Positions 35,509 through 50,535 of a DNA stretch of 64,000 nucleotides are shown one piece after another. A program made the translations under genes and the position numbers. The DNA is taken from assembly GCF_009914755.1 (NCBI RefSeq), contig NC_060926.1; one strand, given 5' to 3'. A model generated the notes under the pieces. That model was given only the letters and a program-made list of their open reading frames with translations, was not told the origin of the DNA and made no database searches. The DNA is from the human T2T-CHM13v2.0 reference genome, Homo sapiens. Position 1 is the stretch's first letter. Each line of letters opens with the position of its first letter.

Positions 35509-35888
35509 TGTCTTAGTTCATTTTTTGCTGTTATAACAAAATGCCACACACTGGATAATTTATATAAAAATGTTTTTTCCTCACAGTTTTGGAGGATGAG
35601 GAATCCAGAAGCATGGTGCCAACATTTGGCAAGGGACATCCTATGGCAGAAGGCATTAGATGGCAAGAAACAGAGAAAGAGACAGACATCAGGGGCTGAA
35701 CTTGTTTATAACTACCCCGCTACTTCAATAATGACAGTAGTAGTTTTAGTCCTTATGGCAGGATTTATGGGAGGACTCTGCCTGTATGACCCACTCACCC
35801 CTTATTTGGCTCCATCTCCTAACACTGTTGCATTGGAGATTAAGTTTTCAACATATGAATTTTAGGGGGACATATTCAAACCATAGCA
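35509..35888 (-). mobile_element. MaLR solo LTR (MST family) in L1 ORF2
   Basis: tgtcttagttc...ttcaaaccatagca; 5-bp TSD aagat/aggat. Confidence 0.85.
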
Positions 35889-36373
35889 AGGATGAAGTTA
35901 GAAATCAATATAAATAAAACCAGAAAAAGTTACAAAACTTTGGAATTTAAACAATACACTCTTAAACAATGAACGTTATCAAAGAGAAATTGTAAGGGAA
36001 ATTCGAAAATACTTGGAGATGAAGGAAAATGAAAACAATATATCAAAACGTATGGGATGAGGAAACAGTGCTAAGGGGGAAATTTATAGCTATAAGTTCT
36101 TAAAGATCTCAAGTCAACAACCTAGCTTTACAATGTATGGAACTAGAAAAATAACAAATTAAACCTAAAGCTAGCACAAGAAAGGAAATAATAAAAATTC
36201 GACCAGAGATAAACAAGATAGTGAATAGAAAAACAACAGAATAAACCAATGAACCCAAGACTTGGTTCTTTAAAAAGATGAACAAAATTTACAAAACTTT
36301 AGCTAAATAAACTAATAAAAAATGAGAGAAAAGATTCAAGTAACAAAGTCAGAAATAGAAAAAGGGACATTCA

Positions 36374-36772
<399 letters not shown>

Positions 36773-37200
36773 TTAATGTATGATAAGCCACAATCAAGTG
36801 GGATTTCTTCTTGGAATGCAAGGGTGACTCAACATAGCAAAGTCGATCAATGAAATACACCACATTAAGAGAACAAAGAAGAAAAAACACACATGATTAT
36901 CTCAATTGCAGAAGAAAAAGTATTTGACAAAATGCTTAGAGTAGTCAAAACTGTAAAGCCAAAAGGTAGACCAGTGGCTTCCAGGGACTGGGAGGAAGGG
37001 AGAATGAGGAGTTACTGTTTAAGGGGAATAGAGTTTCAGTTTATAAAATAAAAAGAGTGATGGAGATGAATAATGGTAATGTGGTTGTACAACATTATGA
37101 ACACATTTAATAGCACTGAACTGTACACTTAAAATAGGCTGATAAATTATATGTTATGTTCATTTTACCACGATAAAAAATGGAGAAAACAACAAAAAAC

Positions 37201-38470
37201 AAACAGTATGGTACTAGAATAAAGACAGCTATATAAACCAATGAAACAGAAAACAGAACCTAGAAATAAACCCACACATATGCAATCAAATTATCTTCAA
37301 CAAGGGGGCTAAGAACACACAATGGAGAAATAATAGTTGTTTCAACAAATGAATTTGGAAAAACTGGTTACCCTCATGTAAAAGAATGAAATTGAACCCT
37401 TACCTTGCACCATACACAAAAATAAACAGTACTAAAAATTTTAACAAAGACCTGAAACTATAAATCCTATTTAAGAAAACTTAGGGGAAAATTTTATAAC
37501 ATTTGTCTTGGCAATGATTGCTTGGATAAGGCACCAAAAGCGTAGGCAACAAAGGCAGAGATAATAAGTCGAACTACACCAAACTAAAAAGCTTCTGTAC
37601 AACAAAGGAAGCAATCCAACAGAGTGAAAATGCAGTCCACGGAATGGGGGAAAGTATTTGCAAGTTGCAAATCTTATAAGGGGTCAATCTTTAAAATATG
37701 GAAAGAACTCCTACAACTCAATAGTTAAAAAAACCAAATAACCTTATTTAAAAATGGGCAAAGAACTTGACTAGACATTTCTCCAAAGACATAAAAATGT
37801 TCAACAGGTGTATGTAAAGGTGCTCACCATCACTAATCACCAGAGAAATGCAAGTCAAAACCACAAAATATATCACCTCACACATGTTAGGATGGCTGTT
37901 ATCAAAATAACAGAAAATAAAAATTGTAAGGATATAGAGAAATCTGAATCCTTGAGTTGTGTTAGTGTGAATGTAAAATAGTGTAGCCTCAATGGAAAAC
38001 TGTTTGGAGGTTCCTCAAAAAAATCAAAAACAGAACTATCATCTGATCCAGCAGTCCCACTTCTGGGTATTTAGCACTAAGAATTGAAATTAGGATATTG
38101 AAGAGATATTTGTATTCCTATGTTCATTGCAGTATTATTTATAATAGCTAAAAATTACAATGATACAATGTGGATGAACCTTAAGGGCATTATGTTAAGT
38201 GAAATAAACCAGTTATAGAAAGAAAAATACTGCATGATCTCACTTATATTAGGTATTCAAGTAGTCAAACTCATAGAAGCAGAAAGTTGAATAGTGGTTT
38301 TCAGAGGCTGGGGAGAGTTGCTGTTCAATTGGTGTAGAGTTTCAGTTATGCAACATTAAAAAGTTCTAGGTATTTGCTTTACAACAATGTGCATATAGTT
38401 AACAATACTATACTGTGTGCTTAAAAATTTTAAAGGGTGGATCTCATTTTTTTTTTACCACGATAAAAAG
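37201..38470 (+). mobile_element. L1MA-type ORF2 end and 3' UTR (outer element, right part)
   Basis: Resumes aaacagtatggtact where the left part stopped; ends at an L1MA-like 3' UTR. Confidence 0.85.
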
Positions 38471-39873
38471 GAAAAGAAAAATGAACTGGAAGTTTGGAAT
38501 AGAATATCAGCTGTGATGCAATATGATATTGTGGAAAGACCGTTCATTGCACTCATGATGCCAAGATCTGGATGACCGTCTTGCTCTCATCCTTATGAAC
38601 TATTTTACCTGGCACAAGTTACTTAAGCTCATTGACTATTTTAGGACTATTGTGAGAAGCAAATGAAATAAACTTTGAAGCAGCAGCTTTTAATATGAGA
38701 AGGACTAATGAGCGAGGTTTGCACAGTTGGGCTTCAGGAGGTGTGTGAACCAACTAAAATAAAACACAAATGTGAAGGGTGGGTGTGGATTCATTTCCAT
38801 AGCTCTCTCTTTTCAGAGTCACAAGTGAATCTCTAAGATACCCTCAAAGACTCAGGACTATTGCTCCTAAGTGTTACACAAATATTAGTTAGATATCTTG
38901 TGAGTTAATTAAGTTATTCAGAAAGATGGTGATTTAGAAAAATGCTGACTATGTAAACGAGATTTTAAAATGATGACTAAGTTTTTTTTTCTCTTTTTCT
39001 TCATTTCTCCACCACTTTGCCTTTTAGGAGTAATTTTCTTTCAGTTTTTGAGGTAGAACCCAAATGAATGCTTGGAATTTTTTTTCTTTTTTCATTTGTT
39101 TTGTTCCCCATACTACTTTGCAGTGCTTTATCAGCATGGGTGACATTAGGAACATTCAGGGGGAAAAAAAAAACCTGAGTAAATTAAAATTGTCAGTTGC
39201 TGGATGAGAATAAACTACAAAAGACAATAAATAGGCAGTGAACTAGATATAGTGTCCTTGGACTTACATTTTGCAACGTAGTAGATGATATATTGTATTC
39301 CACATATTTTTTTTAAACTCTCTGAAAAATAGAGAATCTAGAAAAGAAATAACTTCTAGGAACTTCTTTTATTTATATAGCTAAATTGTTTCATTTTTCT
39401 GGCTGGCTTTTCTCCGAATTCAGTTCTGGTGTTACTATCTTGAATCAAAGCAAAATATTTACTACTACTGAGAGAACATGATATTATTCCCCAAAAGCTA
39501 ATATTAATGAAAAGAATATGGAAAAGATTATGAAACTATAAAATATTAAGTTATAAGTGATATTTTAATTATATGAAGTATGTAATATATTCAATATTAT
39601 AATTCATTGCCATCTTGAAATCATTTATAATTATTACATTTTAACACTTTGTTTCTCAAAGAATGCTCATTATGAGAAGGATATTTTATGCATAAAAGTC
39701 TGAAAGCACATCATGTCAATTATAAATGCTTGACTCAAGCAAGAGTCAGTGCTCTTCTGTCACATGAAATGTGCCTTTCTCATCATTGCAGGCCTTTTCC
39801 ACTTCCGGCCACTGAATCACATGGAAAATAAACAACAAGGTCAACAAAATACAAAAATTAACATTAAAACAGA

Positions 39874-40206
<333 letters not shown>

Positions 40207-40382
40207 TTATTTTTTCATCAGGCTTAGAAGAATGGAGATAGAAAAAGCAAGCAGATTCCCAATTATGGAATGCCTTCTATGTCCTCTTGAGTCTATATGT
40301 GTATATTCCCAGTTAGGGAATCCACTTACCTTTTTCTGTCTGCATTCTTACATTCCTTACATTTATTCATTCACAATGTCAC

Positions 40383-40402
40383 GTGTGTGTGTGTGTGTGT
40401 GT
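40383..40402. repeat. (GT)10 microsatellite
   Basis: Direct reading. Confidence 0.95.
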
Positions 40403-40924
40403 TATTTACTTGTTTCTTCTATCTCAAATTCTTCCAGTATATACTCATTCTTCTTCCTCCAACCTTGTTTTAAAAATATGCTTCTTTTAAAATTAAGACA
40501 TTTATAGGAATCACATTAACTTTCAATTAATTGCTTTGTTCCTAACACTGAAGTACTAGGGGGGTTCTGTTTTTGGTAATGACAGAGGTATGGTTGTGCT
40601 GGAAGTTGATGCTTTTGTAGTTGGAAATGTTTAGGAGATAGAACAAACTTAAGCAGCTATGTAGATAGGTTTAGGACAATAGGATTAGGGAAACAGATCC
40701 AGATCCCGGTTCCTCAGTAAACGAGAACAGGCCAGAGTCAAACAAGAATGAATGTAACATTGACCTGGAACTGACCTTGGACTGAAAGGTATAGGAGGAC
40801 TTCTGTTTCATATACTGAGAGCTTCGTGGCTTTAACGCTACATTTCAGTCTTATGGAAGAATACACTGTGTCTTGGGAATTCCGTATTCAAGGCTCTAAA
40901 TAAGAAACTGGCTTCCACATGGAC

Positions 40925-41175
40925 TTTTATAAAATGCCATGTATTGTATGATTCCATTTACTTGAAATCTCCAAAACCAGAAAGTGCATAGAAATAGAAA
41001 GTAGTTTAGTGGTTACCCTCAGGTAAAGAACAGGAGAAAGGGAGTGACTGTTGAGAATACAGGTTTCTTTCTTAGGTGACAACAATGTTCTGGAGTTAGA
41101 TAGTGGTCATGGTTGTACAACCTTGTGACTCTACTATAAAACATGAATTGTACACTTTTAAATGGTGAATTTATT
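40925..41175 (+). mobile_element. L1MB/MC 3' UTR fragment
   Basis: tattgtatgattccattta...gttagatagtggtcatggttgtacaacc. Confidence 0.75.
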
Positions 41176-42173
41176 AAATTATATCTTAATAAAAATACAT
41201 CTAGTCACAGGTTGGGAGCTCTATGCAGTGATCTCTGTCAGCAGCTCAGCTGAAATTAAAAAAGAGCTGAACTTTCAGGTGTCAGGGAGCTGATGAAAGC
41301 CACAAGTCGAAAATGAAAGTTAAGCCTTTAATCACTTACTGCTATGCTGTAAGCATGATTCAAACCAGAGAAATCTCTGACAGCTCAGATATGGGGGTGG
41401 TCTCAGTGTCGAGAAAGCACCAAACAAAAAGGCTCTAGTAGTTTTATGAGCCTTAGATTAGGGATGGGGAGCAGAAGAGGCTAGGAATGGAAAAGTGAAG
41501 TACAGGCTACTGAGTCAGAGTGGTGAAAAGTGTCTTCGAGATGTGCCACACTTCACAGTGAGGAGGTCTCAGCAGAGACACATGGGCTAGGTATGCAAAT
41601 ATGCAAAGAGAATAGCTAGCTAGAGAGGACTGAATTCTGGCCTGCAGCTTCCTTTCAACACTGTGATTTATTACCTGAGCACAAAGTCTGGGTTGGAGAG
41701 GGTAGCTTTCTCCTGCGAGGCCTGCCGGGTAAAACCTTAGGAATTACCCATGGTCAGGCCTGAAAAATCATGGATAGGTTTTCAGTCAGGAGCCAGACTC
41801 CTCAATCTCCATATCACCAGTTGTTTTTGTGGACATAGCCAGGCATACGTTTATCATCCCTTACATTCACTGATTGGATTACCATGTAGGTCATCATGTC
41901 ATTCTTCAAAGGAAAAGGTTCTCTTCGTTATCTTCCAGGTGGGAAATTAATTCATACATTGTTGGGCTTGTCTTTACCATCAATGATTTAAGTTGTCTTA
42001 ACACGCATTATATGTTCTATTATCCAAGTATTAATTTTCTATCATATAATTATCACTGAATATTTAATACATACCCATACCACGCAGTAGGGTATCATGT
42101 AATAAATGCTCTCCCTTTTAGAGTAAGGAATGAAAATCAGTAGTGTAGGTAGGAATATTAGAAAGTAAATTAA

Positions 42174-42428
42174 GGCTGGGTGCAGTGGCTCACACCTGTA
42201 ATCCTAGCACTTTGGGAAGCTGAAATGAGAGGATCACTTGAGCCCAGGAGTTCCAGGTCAACCTAGGCAACATAGTGAGTCCCCATCCTTACAAAAAATA
42301 AAAATAAATTAGCCAGGCGGTTGAGAGGTCGCTTGAGCCTGGGAGGTGGAGGCTGCAGGGACCTCTGATTACATTACTATGCTGCAGCCTGGGCAATGGA
42401 GTGAGATCTTGTCTTTTTGAAAAAAAAA
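42174..42428 (+). mobile_element. AluJ with right-arm deletion
   Basis: ggatcacttgagcccaggagttc. Confidence 0.88.
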
Positions 42429-42441
42429 GAGAACAACATAC

Positions 42442-42443
<2 letters not shown>

Positions 42444-42479
<36 letters not shown>
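42444..42479. repeat. (CA)18 microsatellite
   Basis: Direct reading. Confidence 0.97.
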
Positions 42480-42483
<4 letters not shown>

Positions 42484-42589
42484 CAGATATAAGAATTTAT
42501 GAATCCTTTAGGTTACTAAAGGCAGAAGTTTTAAGCTATTTTTGATGTTTTGCCTACTTTCTCCACTGGAATAACTTAAAATTAATGTA

Positions 42590-43990
42590 GTTCAAATTAA
42601 TGTGACATTTATTGGGCAACAAATGAGCCTGCCACTGAGATGGCTTTGAGTGATAAAATGGTACAGAAGTAGACAAGATGTAGTCTACTCTTTCAGAGTT
42701 TGTAGACTAGCAGGCATGTATAAATAAGCAATTATAGTATAGTGTAACAAATATTCTGATGAGAGAAATGGCAGTGTGTCAAAGTGCTGCACTGGAACAG
42801 CTCTTAACTCAGTTTGGCAATGGTGGGTAAGTTTGACTGCTTTTTAAGATCTTATCCCCAAATTATGTAAAGAAAATAAAAAAGGAGGCAATAAGAAGGA
42901 AAGGGTATCTAGTGAAGAGGAAAGAACATGGGCACACACCTACAGGTAAAGGTGTACTCTGGGGTCTAAACAGATTTTAATATGGTTTGAGCATAAAGTA
43001 TTGGGGGTAAAGGACTGATGAAAGCAGGAGCTAGAAAAAAGAGATAAGAATGCAATAAAGGCAGGCTTTCTAAGCTATATTATAGGAAAAATTTGTCACT
43101 AAACAGGGCAATGACATAATCAAATTTACATTTCATAATGAGCCTTTCTAACACCAGTGCCAAGAGTGGATTGCAGATGAGCAAGAGTGTAGACAGAAAA
43201 GTTACTCTGAAAGCTCTGTTGTGAATTCAGGCAATATTGTAGAGTTCTAACTTAGACTAGTAGACTTCACAAGACAGCACTATATATGAATACAAGTAAA
43301 TCTTTAGAATTTAATATTTACGAGGACAGGTGACTGGGTATGGAAGGTGTGGAAAGAGATCTAAATTTTGAATTTGGACAACTAGTTGGAAAATGATACC
43401 ATTTGTTCCAAAATGGAACAAAGGGAAAATAATAGGTCTCAGATGATGAAAATAAATTTCGAATATGTTGAATTTGCAATGTTTGTGAGAAATCCAAATG
43501 GAAATATCCAATCACATATCTGGGTGTGTGGCTCAGGAGAAAGATCTGAGTTGTGGCTATAAATTTGTAAATCATCAGCCTATAAGGCATAAGAAATGTA
43601 TGTCAATAGATGTGGCCATGCTGGACAAGTATGTATCAGAGAGGAATGCCTAGAACAATGCCCATCTGAACACAAAAACTTTAGAAAAGAGAAGGGGGTA
43701 AGTCAGGAGAAGGCTATAACATAGAGAATCCATAAGAAAAGGTCTGAGAGGTAAGAGGGAAACCAGAAAAGTAGTGTCAGGAAATCCCAGGAAAGAGATG
43801 GTTGGTTATGAGAAAGAATTAGTTGATGATATTATAAAAAGGGTGAGGTCAGGTAGGAAAAGGATGGGAAAGAAACTAGTTCACTTAGCATTAAAGAAGT
43901 ATTGGTAGCCTAGGCAAGAGCACTTTCACTAACATGCTTGGATTAAATCCAAACATGAGTTGAATGAGGAATTGGGGTGGATAAAGTCAA
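42590..43990 (-). mobile_element. Degraded L2
   Basis: gatatgttgaatttg-like, catccaaatggaaatatc-like and gctcaggagaaagatctgag L2 motifs. Confidence 0.65.
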
Positions 43991-44549
43991 CTCTAAGTTA
44001 AATGTTTGGGGATACATTTATTAATTTTATATTACCAATTCTATGTTGAGGAATTTCTCCTCCTTTTATATATCAGTGAGTTGTAGAGATCTCTTTCTAG
44101 TATAGTGAAAATTTCCATAGAAGTTGAAGGTAGTACATCCTTAGTTCATTTGCGGTAGAATATGGACTTGAAGACAGCCTTACTCAGACTTTGAATTGAC
44201 AGTTGGTATAAAGAAGTAGTGCCAACAGCATATCTTTTCTGGCAGTGGCATTGGTGACAGCGTTATCAGATTAGGTGGTATACCAGAGTCAGAAGTCCAA
44301 GCTGTGGCACGTGCTTCTCAGTACCAGTATCAGAAACAAGGGCAGAGGAATCCTCATCTACTAGTTACCTGGCATGCTTTTGAACATAGTTCTGATTTTT
44401 ATAAATTCTCTTGATTCCTGCTGATTTCCCCAGCCTGGCTTTGCAGGATCCCTGGAAATTGCTCACTACCTAATATCTTTTAAATATGTCTCTTTCTGTT
44501 TAATTAAAATTCAATTTCTATTGCTTCTGCTAAAAAATTTTGACTGATA

Positions 44550-45239
44550 CACAATACAACAAAATGCACAGACGTGTACAGTTTGATCATCTTTGACAAA
44601 TTCATATACCCATATACAGTTTGATCATCTTTAACAAATTCATATACCCATCAAACCCCTATCAAGACATGGAACATTGCTATCAACTCACAAAGTGTGC
44701 CCAATAAGCCACTGCACCCTGAAGCAACCAGCATCTGATTTTTACTACCATAGATTAATTTTGCAGGTTCTAAAACTTCATATAAATAGAAGCACACAAT
44801 ATGTACTGTTTTGTCCCTGGCTTCTTTAACTCAGCATGAAGATTTGAAGATTTGTCCATGTTGTTGCTTATATCAATGCTCTGTGTATTTATTTTACTGA
44901 GTTTTATTTCAATATATGAATATATCACAGTTTATTTATATATGTGTATTAATAGGCACCTGGTTGTTTATTTCCAGCTTGGGGCTATTAGGAATGAAAG
45001 TGCTATAAACTTTCTTGTACAAGGTTTTGTGATGATTTATTTTTTTCTTATTTTTTTGTTTTTACGGATATGTCATTTTTATTGGATAAATACCTAGAAG
45101 TGGAATTGCTAGGCATCATGATAGGTGCATGTTTAACGTTTTAAGAAATTAAGAAGCATTGTTTTCTAAGTTGTATAATTTTTTGCTCTCATCAGCATGC
45201 CTTTTCATTTTCATCTTCTCAACACTGTAATTTTAGGAT
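44550..45239 (-). mobile_element. L1ME 3' fragment with 38-bp tandem duplication (44577-44651)
   Basis: ttccagcttggggctattaggaatgaaagtgctataaac; tacagtttgatcatctttRacaaattcatatacccat twice. Confidence 0.7.
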
Positions 45240-45256
45240 CAGATTATATATTTTTA

Positions 45257-47104
45257 AATTTAATTTAATTTTAAGTTCCAGGGTACATATGCAGGACATG
45301 CAGGTTTGTTACATGGGGAAACATGTCCCATGGTGGTTTGCTGCACCTATCAATCCATCACATAGGTATTAAGCCCCATATGCATTAACTCTTTATCCTG
45401 ATAATATCCTTCCCCTAACACCCCCTTGACAGGCCCCAGTGTGTGTTATTCATCTCCTTGTGTTCATGTGTTCTCACTGTTCAGCTCCCACTTATAAGTG
45501 AGAAGATGTGGTGTTTGGTCTTCTGTTCCTGTGTTAGTTTGCTGAGGGATAATACCTTCAAGCTCCATCCATGTCCCTGCAACAGACATGATCTAGTTCC
45601 TTTTTATGGCTTCATAGTATTCCATAGTGTATATGTACCACATTTTCTTTATCCAGTCTATCATTGATGGGCATTTGGTTGATTCCCTGTGTTTGCTATT
45701 TTGAATAGTGCTGCAGTGAACACATGCGTGCAAGTGTCTTTATAATAGAATGATTTATATTCCTTTGGGTATATACTCTGTAATGGGATTGCTGGGTCAA
45801 ATGGTTTTTCTGGTTCTAGGTCTATGAGGAATCACCACTCTGTCTTCCATAATGGTTGAACTAATTTACATTCCCTCCAAAAGTAAAAGTGTTCCTATTT
45901 CTCCACAGCTTCACCAGGATCTGATGTTTTTGACTTTTTAATTATCACCATTCTGACTGACATGAAATGGTATCTAATTGTTGTTTTGTTTTACATTTCT
46001 CTAATGATCAATGATGCTGAGTTTTTTTTCGTATGTTTGCTGGATGCATGAATGTCTTCTTTTGAAAAGTGTCTATTCATGTCCTTTGTCCACTTTTTAA
46101 TGTTTTTTTCCTTGTAAATTTGTTTAAGTTCCTTGTAGATTCTGGATATTAGACATTTATCAGATGGTTAGATCACAAAAACTTTCTCCTATTCTGTAGG
46201 TTGTCTGTTCACTCTGATGATGGTTTCTTTTGCTGTGCAGAAACTCTTTTTTTTAATTAGATCCCATTTGTCAATTTTTGCTTTTGTTGCAATTGCTTCT
46301 GGTGTTTTCATCATAAAATCTTTGCCCATGCCTATATCCTGAAAGGTATTGCCTAGATTTTCTTCTAGGGTTTTTATAGTTTTGGGTTTTACATTTAAGT
46401 CTTTAATCCATCTTGAATTAATTTTTATGTGTGGTGTAAAGAAGGGGTCCAGTTTCAATTTTCTGTATATGGCTAGTCAGTTTTTCCACCATTTATTAAA
46501 TAGGGAATCCTTTCCCCATTGCTTGTTTTCATCAGGTTTGTTGAAGATCAGATGATCATAGACGTGCAGTCTTATTTCTGAGATCTCTATTCTGTTCCTT
46601 TGAATTATGTGTCAGTTTTGGTACCAGTACCATGCTGTTTGGTTACTGTAGCCTTGTAATATAGTTTGAAGTCAGGTAGCATAATGCCTCCAGCTTTGTT
46701 CTTTTTGCTTAGGATTATCTTGGATATACAGGCTCTTTTTTTGTTTCATATGAGTTTTAAAGTATTTTTTTTCTAATTCTGTGAAGAATGTCAATGGTAG
46801 TTTAATGGGAATAGCATTGAATCTATAAATTACTTTGGGCACTTTGGCCATTTTCAAAACATTGATTCTTCCTGTCTGAGCATGGAATGTTTTTCCATTT
46901 GTGTCCTCTTATTTCCTTGAGCAGTGGTTTGTAGTTCTCATTGAAGAGGTCCTTCACTTTCCTTGTTATCTGTATTCCTAGGTATTTTATTCTCTTTGTA
47001 GCAATTGTGAATGGGAGTTAATTCATGATTTGGCTCTCTGCTTGTCTATTGTTGGTGTAGAGGAAAGCTTATGATTTTTGCACATTGATTTTGTACCCTG
47101 AGAC
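45257..47104 (-). mobile_element. 5'-truncated L1PA (mid-age), ~1.85 kb, colinear
   Basis: 3' UTR plus ORF2 peptides [22 protein letters not shown] and [23 protein letters not shown]. Confidence 0.95.
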
Positions 47105-47178
47105 CACCCTCAACATGCCGGATCTTGACTATCTCAGAAGCTAAGCAGGATTGGGCCTGGTTAGTACTTGGATGGAAG
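47103..47178 (+). pseudogene. 5S rRNA fragment (about nt 13-88)
   Basis: accaccctcaacatgccggatc...gaagctaagcagga ttgggcctggttagtacttggatgg matches mammalian 5S rRNA. Confidence 0.92.
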
Positions 47179-47179
47179 C

Positions 47180-48000
47180 AGATATTTTTTACTTTTTTTC
47201 TTCAGTGATTTGAACATTTTGTATCCTATGTAGCAAATAATCTTCTAACATAAGGTCAAAACTATTTTTCCTGTGTTTTTGCCTAGAAGTTTTTTAATTT
47301 TAGCTTTTATGTTTAGGTTCTTCCTCATTGAATTGCTGTAGTACTCTTGCGAAAAGAGTACTACTATATATATGTGGGTTTATTTCTATTCCATTGACTG
47401 GTTAGTGCATCCTTTTACCAATATAACATCTTTCTGATTAGTATAACTTTATAATAAGCCTTAATGTCAGGTAGATTAATTCTCCTAAATTTGTTTTCTT
47501 TCTTATCAAGTTTGTTTGGGCTACTTTAGAATCAACTTGTCTATTTCTATAAAAAAGCCTATGCATTTTGGTTAGAATTGAGTTGAACCTGTACATCAAT
47601 TTGAGGAAAACTGACATCTAACAATATTGTCTTCCAATCTATGAACATGAGGTATTTGAGGTATTCTCCTATTCCTTTTAGCATAATTTTATAATTTCAC
47701 TGTAATGGTTTTATATATCTTTCATTAAATTGGTCCCTAATAATTTTTTGAGATGCTTTTATATACAATATGTTCTATTTTACTTATTCTTTTTTTTTCA
47801 ATTTTTTCATTCATATGGTTTGTTTTTCACTAAAGCCTTTAACATATTAATCACAATTATTTTAAAGTCTTTGATAATTTTGATATATGCATCATATCTT
47901 GATATCATTTGGTTTATCCCTTTTAGAGTTCTTTTTATCATTTTTTTAATTTAGTGTCTTATAATTTTGTTTTTAATGATGGACATCATGTCTTAGTTTC
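47180..48000 (-). mobile_element. L1ME fragments, continuation of 44550-45239
   Basis: Degraded antisense ORF2 (gtcttccaatctatgaacatg). Confidence 0.65.
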
Positions 48001-48349
48001 AGGCAGTTTCTACGGAATTCTGTTTTATAGATGAGATTTTCTCAGCATTTGTGAGTTTTTTCCCACAAGGCATTCACACACTCCCTTGAATCTGAGCAAA
48101 GTCATTTAGGAGAGATTTTCTGTGCTCTTTCAAGGGAAGGTGACTTTAAAACAAATTGATGCATAAGAAAACTTCATATTTATGGCATATAGAGTGAAAT
48201 TTCATTACATGTATACAATGTGTGATTATCAGTTCATGTAACTAGTATATCCATCACCTTTCCTGCATCAGATGACGTTTGCTCATGGCATAATGGTAGT
48301 GTATCCTTTCCTGGGAATGGTGTTTCTTTTTGTTTTAATTTGGAAATTT

Positions 48350-48651
48350 TTCTTTCTTTCCTTTCCTTTTTTGATGGAGTCTTTCTCTGTCGCCCAGGAT
48401 GGAGTGTGCAGTGGCATGATCTCGGCTTACTGCAACCTCTGCCTCCCAGGTTCAAGCAGTTCTCTATCTCAGCCTCCTGAGTAGCTGGGATTACAGGCAC
48501 CTGCCACCACGCCTGGCTAATTTTTGTATTTTTAGTAGAGATAGAGTTTCACCATCTTGGCCAGGCTGGTCCTGAACTCCTGACCTTGTGATCCACCCGC
48601 CTCAGCCTCCCAAAGTGCTGGGATTACAGGCATGAGCCACCAAGCCTGGCC
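48350..48651 (-). mobile_element. Alu (AluS)
   Basis: TSD taatttggaaattt. Confidence 0.95.
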
Positions 48652-48979
48652 TAATTTGGAAATTTCTATTGACCTCTCTTCAAGATAGACTCTTGTCTAT
48701 CTGGTCCTCAAATAATCCAACCAAAAGAATTTCTTATATTCATTATCATATATTATATTTCTAACATTTCCTTTTAGCTTGTTTTTATAGCATTCATTGC
48801 TCTTTTAGAATCCTCTGTCTGTTCACTCCTATTTTCTATTCCTATTTTTTACCGCAATGTGTGGTAAATGGTGTAATACATTTATCATAGCTATTTTGAT
48901 GTTCTGGTTAGATAATTCTAATATCTGGGATATCTTTTGGTCTCTTTATCTTGACTATTTTTCTTTTGCCTATTGGTTA

Positions 48980-49430
48980 TGTGTCAGTTTCTTAGGGCTG
49001 CTGTAACAAATTACCATACACTGGGTGGATTAAAGCAACAGAAATTTATTTTCTTTCAGTTCTGTAGGTTAGAAGTTTAAAATCAAGGTGTTGACAGGGA
49101 CATAATCCTTACGAAAACTCTATGAGAGTTCTTTCTTGTCTTTTCTAGCTTCTTCCAGTTTGCTTATAATCTTTCATGTTTTTGTCTTGTAGATGCATCA
49201 CTCCAATCCTTAATCTTCACATGGCATTTTTCGTGTGTCTGTCTGCATGTGGTCATCTTCTTTTAAGGACATCAGTCTTATTGATTTAGGGGTCTACCCT
49301 ATTTCCTGTGATCTCATATTAAGCAATTTTATATGCAATGGTGTTATTTCCAAATAAGTTCATATTCTGAGTTAATGGGGGTTAGGATTTCAACATATTC
49401 TTTACAGGGGAGACAATTCAGTTCCTAAAA
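48980..49430 (-). mobile_element. MaLR LTR (MLT1B/C-like)
   Basis: tagggctgctgtaacaaattacca...gttaggatttcaacatat. Confidence 0.85.
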
Positions 49431-50099
49431 GAGTTCTGGTTTCTTGTTTCTTCTCTGGTACCATCACTTTTAAAAATAAAATACCAGATATTTGTGTAAA
49501 GAAACACTTAACACTGAAGTCAATAATACCTGTGCCCTAGATAGGAGATGGCTCAATTTCTTCGAGGCCAGTAGTGTGGCAGGCTGACTCAACCTATATT
49601 TTATCTGGACCTAATTTTGTTGAAGCTTTAGTTAGATTCACTTCTCAGGCTTCAAATGGTCTAAAAGCAGAATCACAAATTTTTCCTTAGTACGTGCATG
49701 AAGTATGCATGCTGGAGGGTTTTCTCATATCTCCTACTCAGCTCCCATTCTTCAGCAGGCCCAGTGTACCTGTGTCTCAGGATGGATCTGTCTCGGCACT
49801 ACTGTATTGTTTCTAAATTTTCTCAAGACTTGTCAAAAAGAGTTTGTTAGTGAGCTCAGATTCTCAGAGTACAACTATTTTCTTCTAGCCGGCATTTATG
49901 ACGACTTGCTCCTTTTCCTGCTGCTCTGCCAAAGACGAAAGCATCCTGAGTCTCTTCTAGATTGAATGCCTTACATTTTAGATTTTGTTTTAAAAATTTT
50001 CTTTGCATCCTCAGTTCTTTGCTGGGCTTTATAAATCATAATTGTATATACCATTTTGTATTTCTTTGTAATTGAAGTGCTCTTGCAACTTTTCTAAAT

Positions 50100-50535
50100 C
50101 ACTTTATTGTAGTATAATTAATATATAAAAATACATGTTTAATGTATACAACTAAGTTTGAAGATATGCATATAGCTGTGAAATTATTACTACATTCTAT
50201 TTTATAAACACAGCTATCACCTCCAAAAGTTTCCTCTCACTCTCCTAATTTGTTATTACCTATTTTGTGATAACAACACTTAACATAAGATCTATCTACC
50301 CTCTTAACAAGTTTCCAAGTACACAGTACAGTATTGCTATCTATAGGCACTGTGCTGTATAGTAGATCTTCAGGACTTATTCATCTTACATAACTGAAAC
50401 ACTGTACACTTTGACTGATGCCTCACTGTTTTCCCATCCCCTCAGTCCCTGCTACTTACCATTCTACTCTCCGCTTTTATGAGTTTGGCTATTTTAGATT
50501 CTTCATATAAGTGTTATAACATAGTATTTGTTCTT
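50100..50535 (-). mobile_element. Short L1MA 3' end
   Basis: gtagatcttcaggacttattcatcttacataactgaaac; TSD tcttgcaacttt(t)cta. Confidence 0.8.

Noticed and set aside
46189-46857. Reverse-transcriptase-related peptides
   Set aside because: Broken L1 ORF2 remnants, not a functional gene.
47103-47178. Functional 5S rRNA gene
   Set aside because: Both ends and the terminator are missing and there are several substitutions; it is a retroposed fragment.
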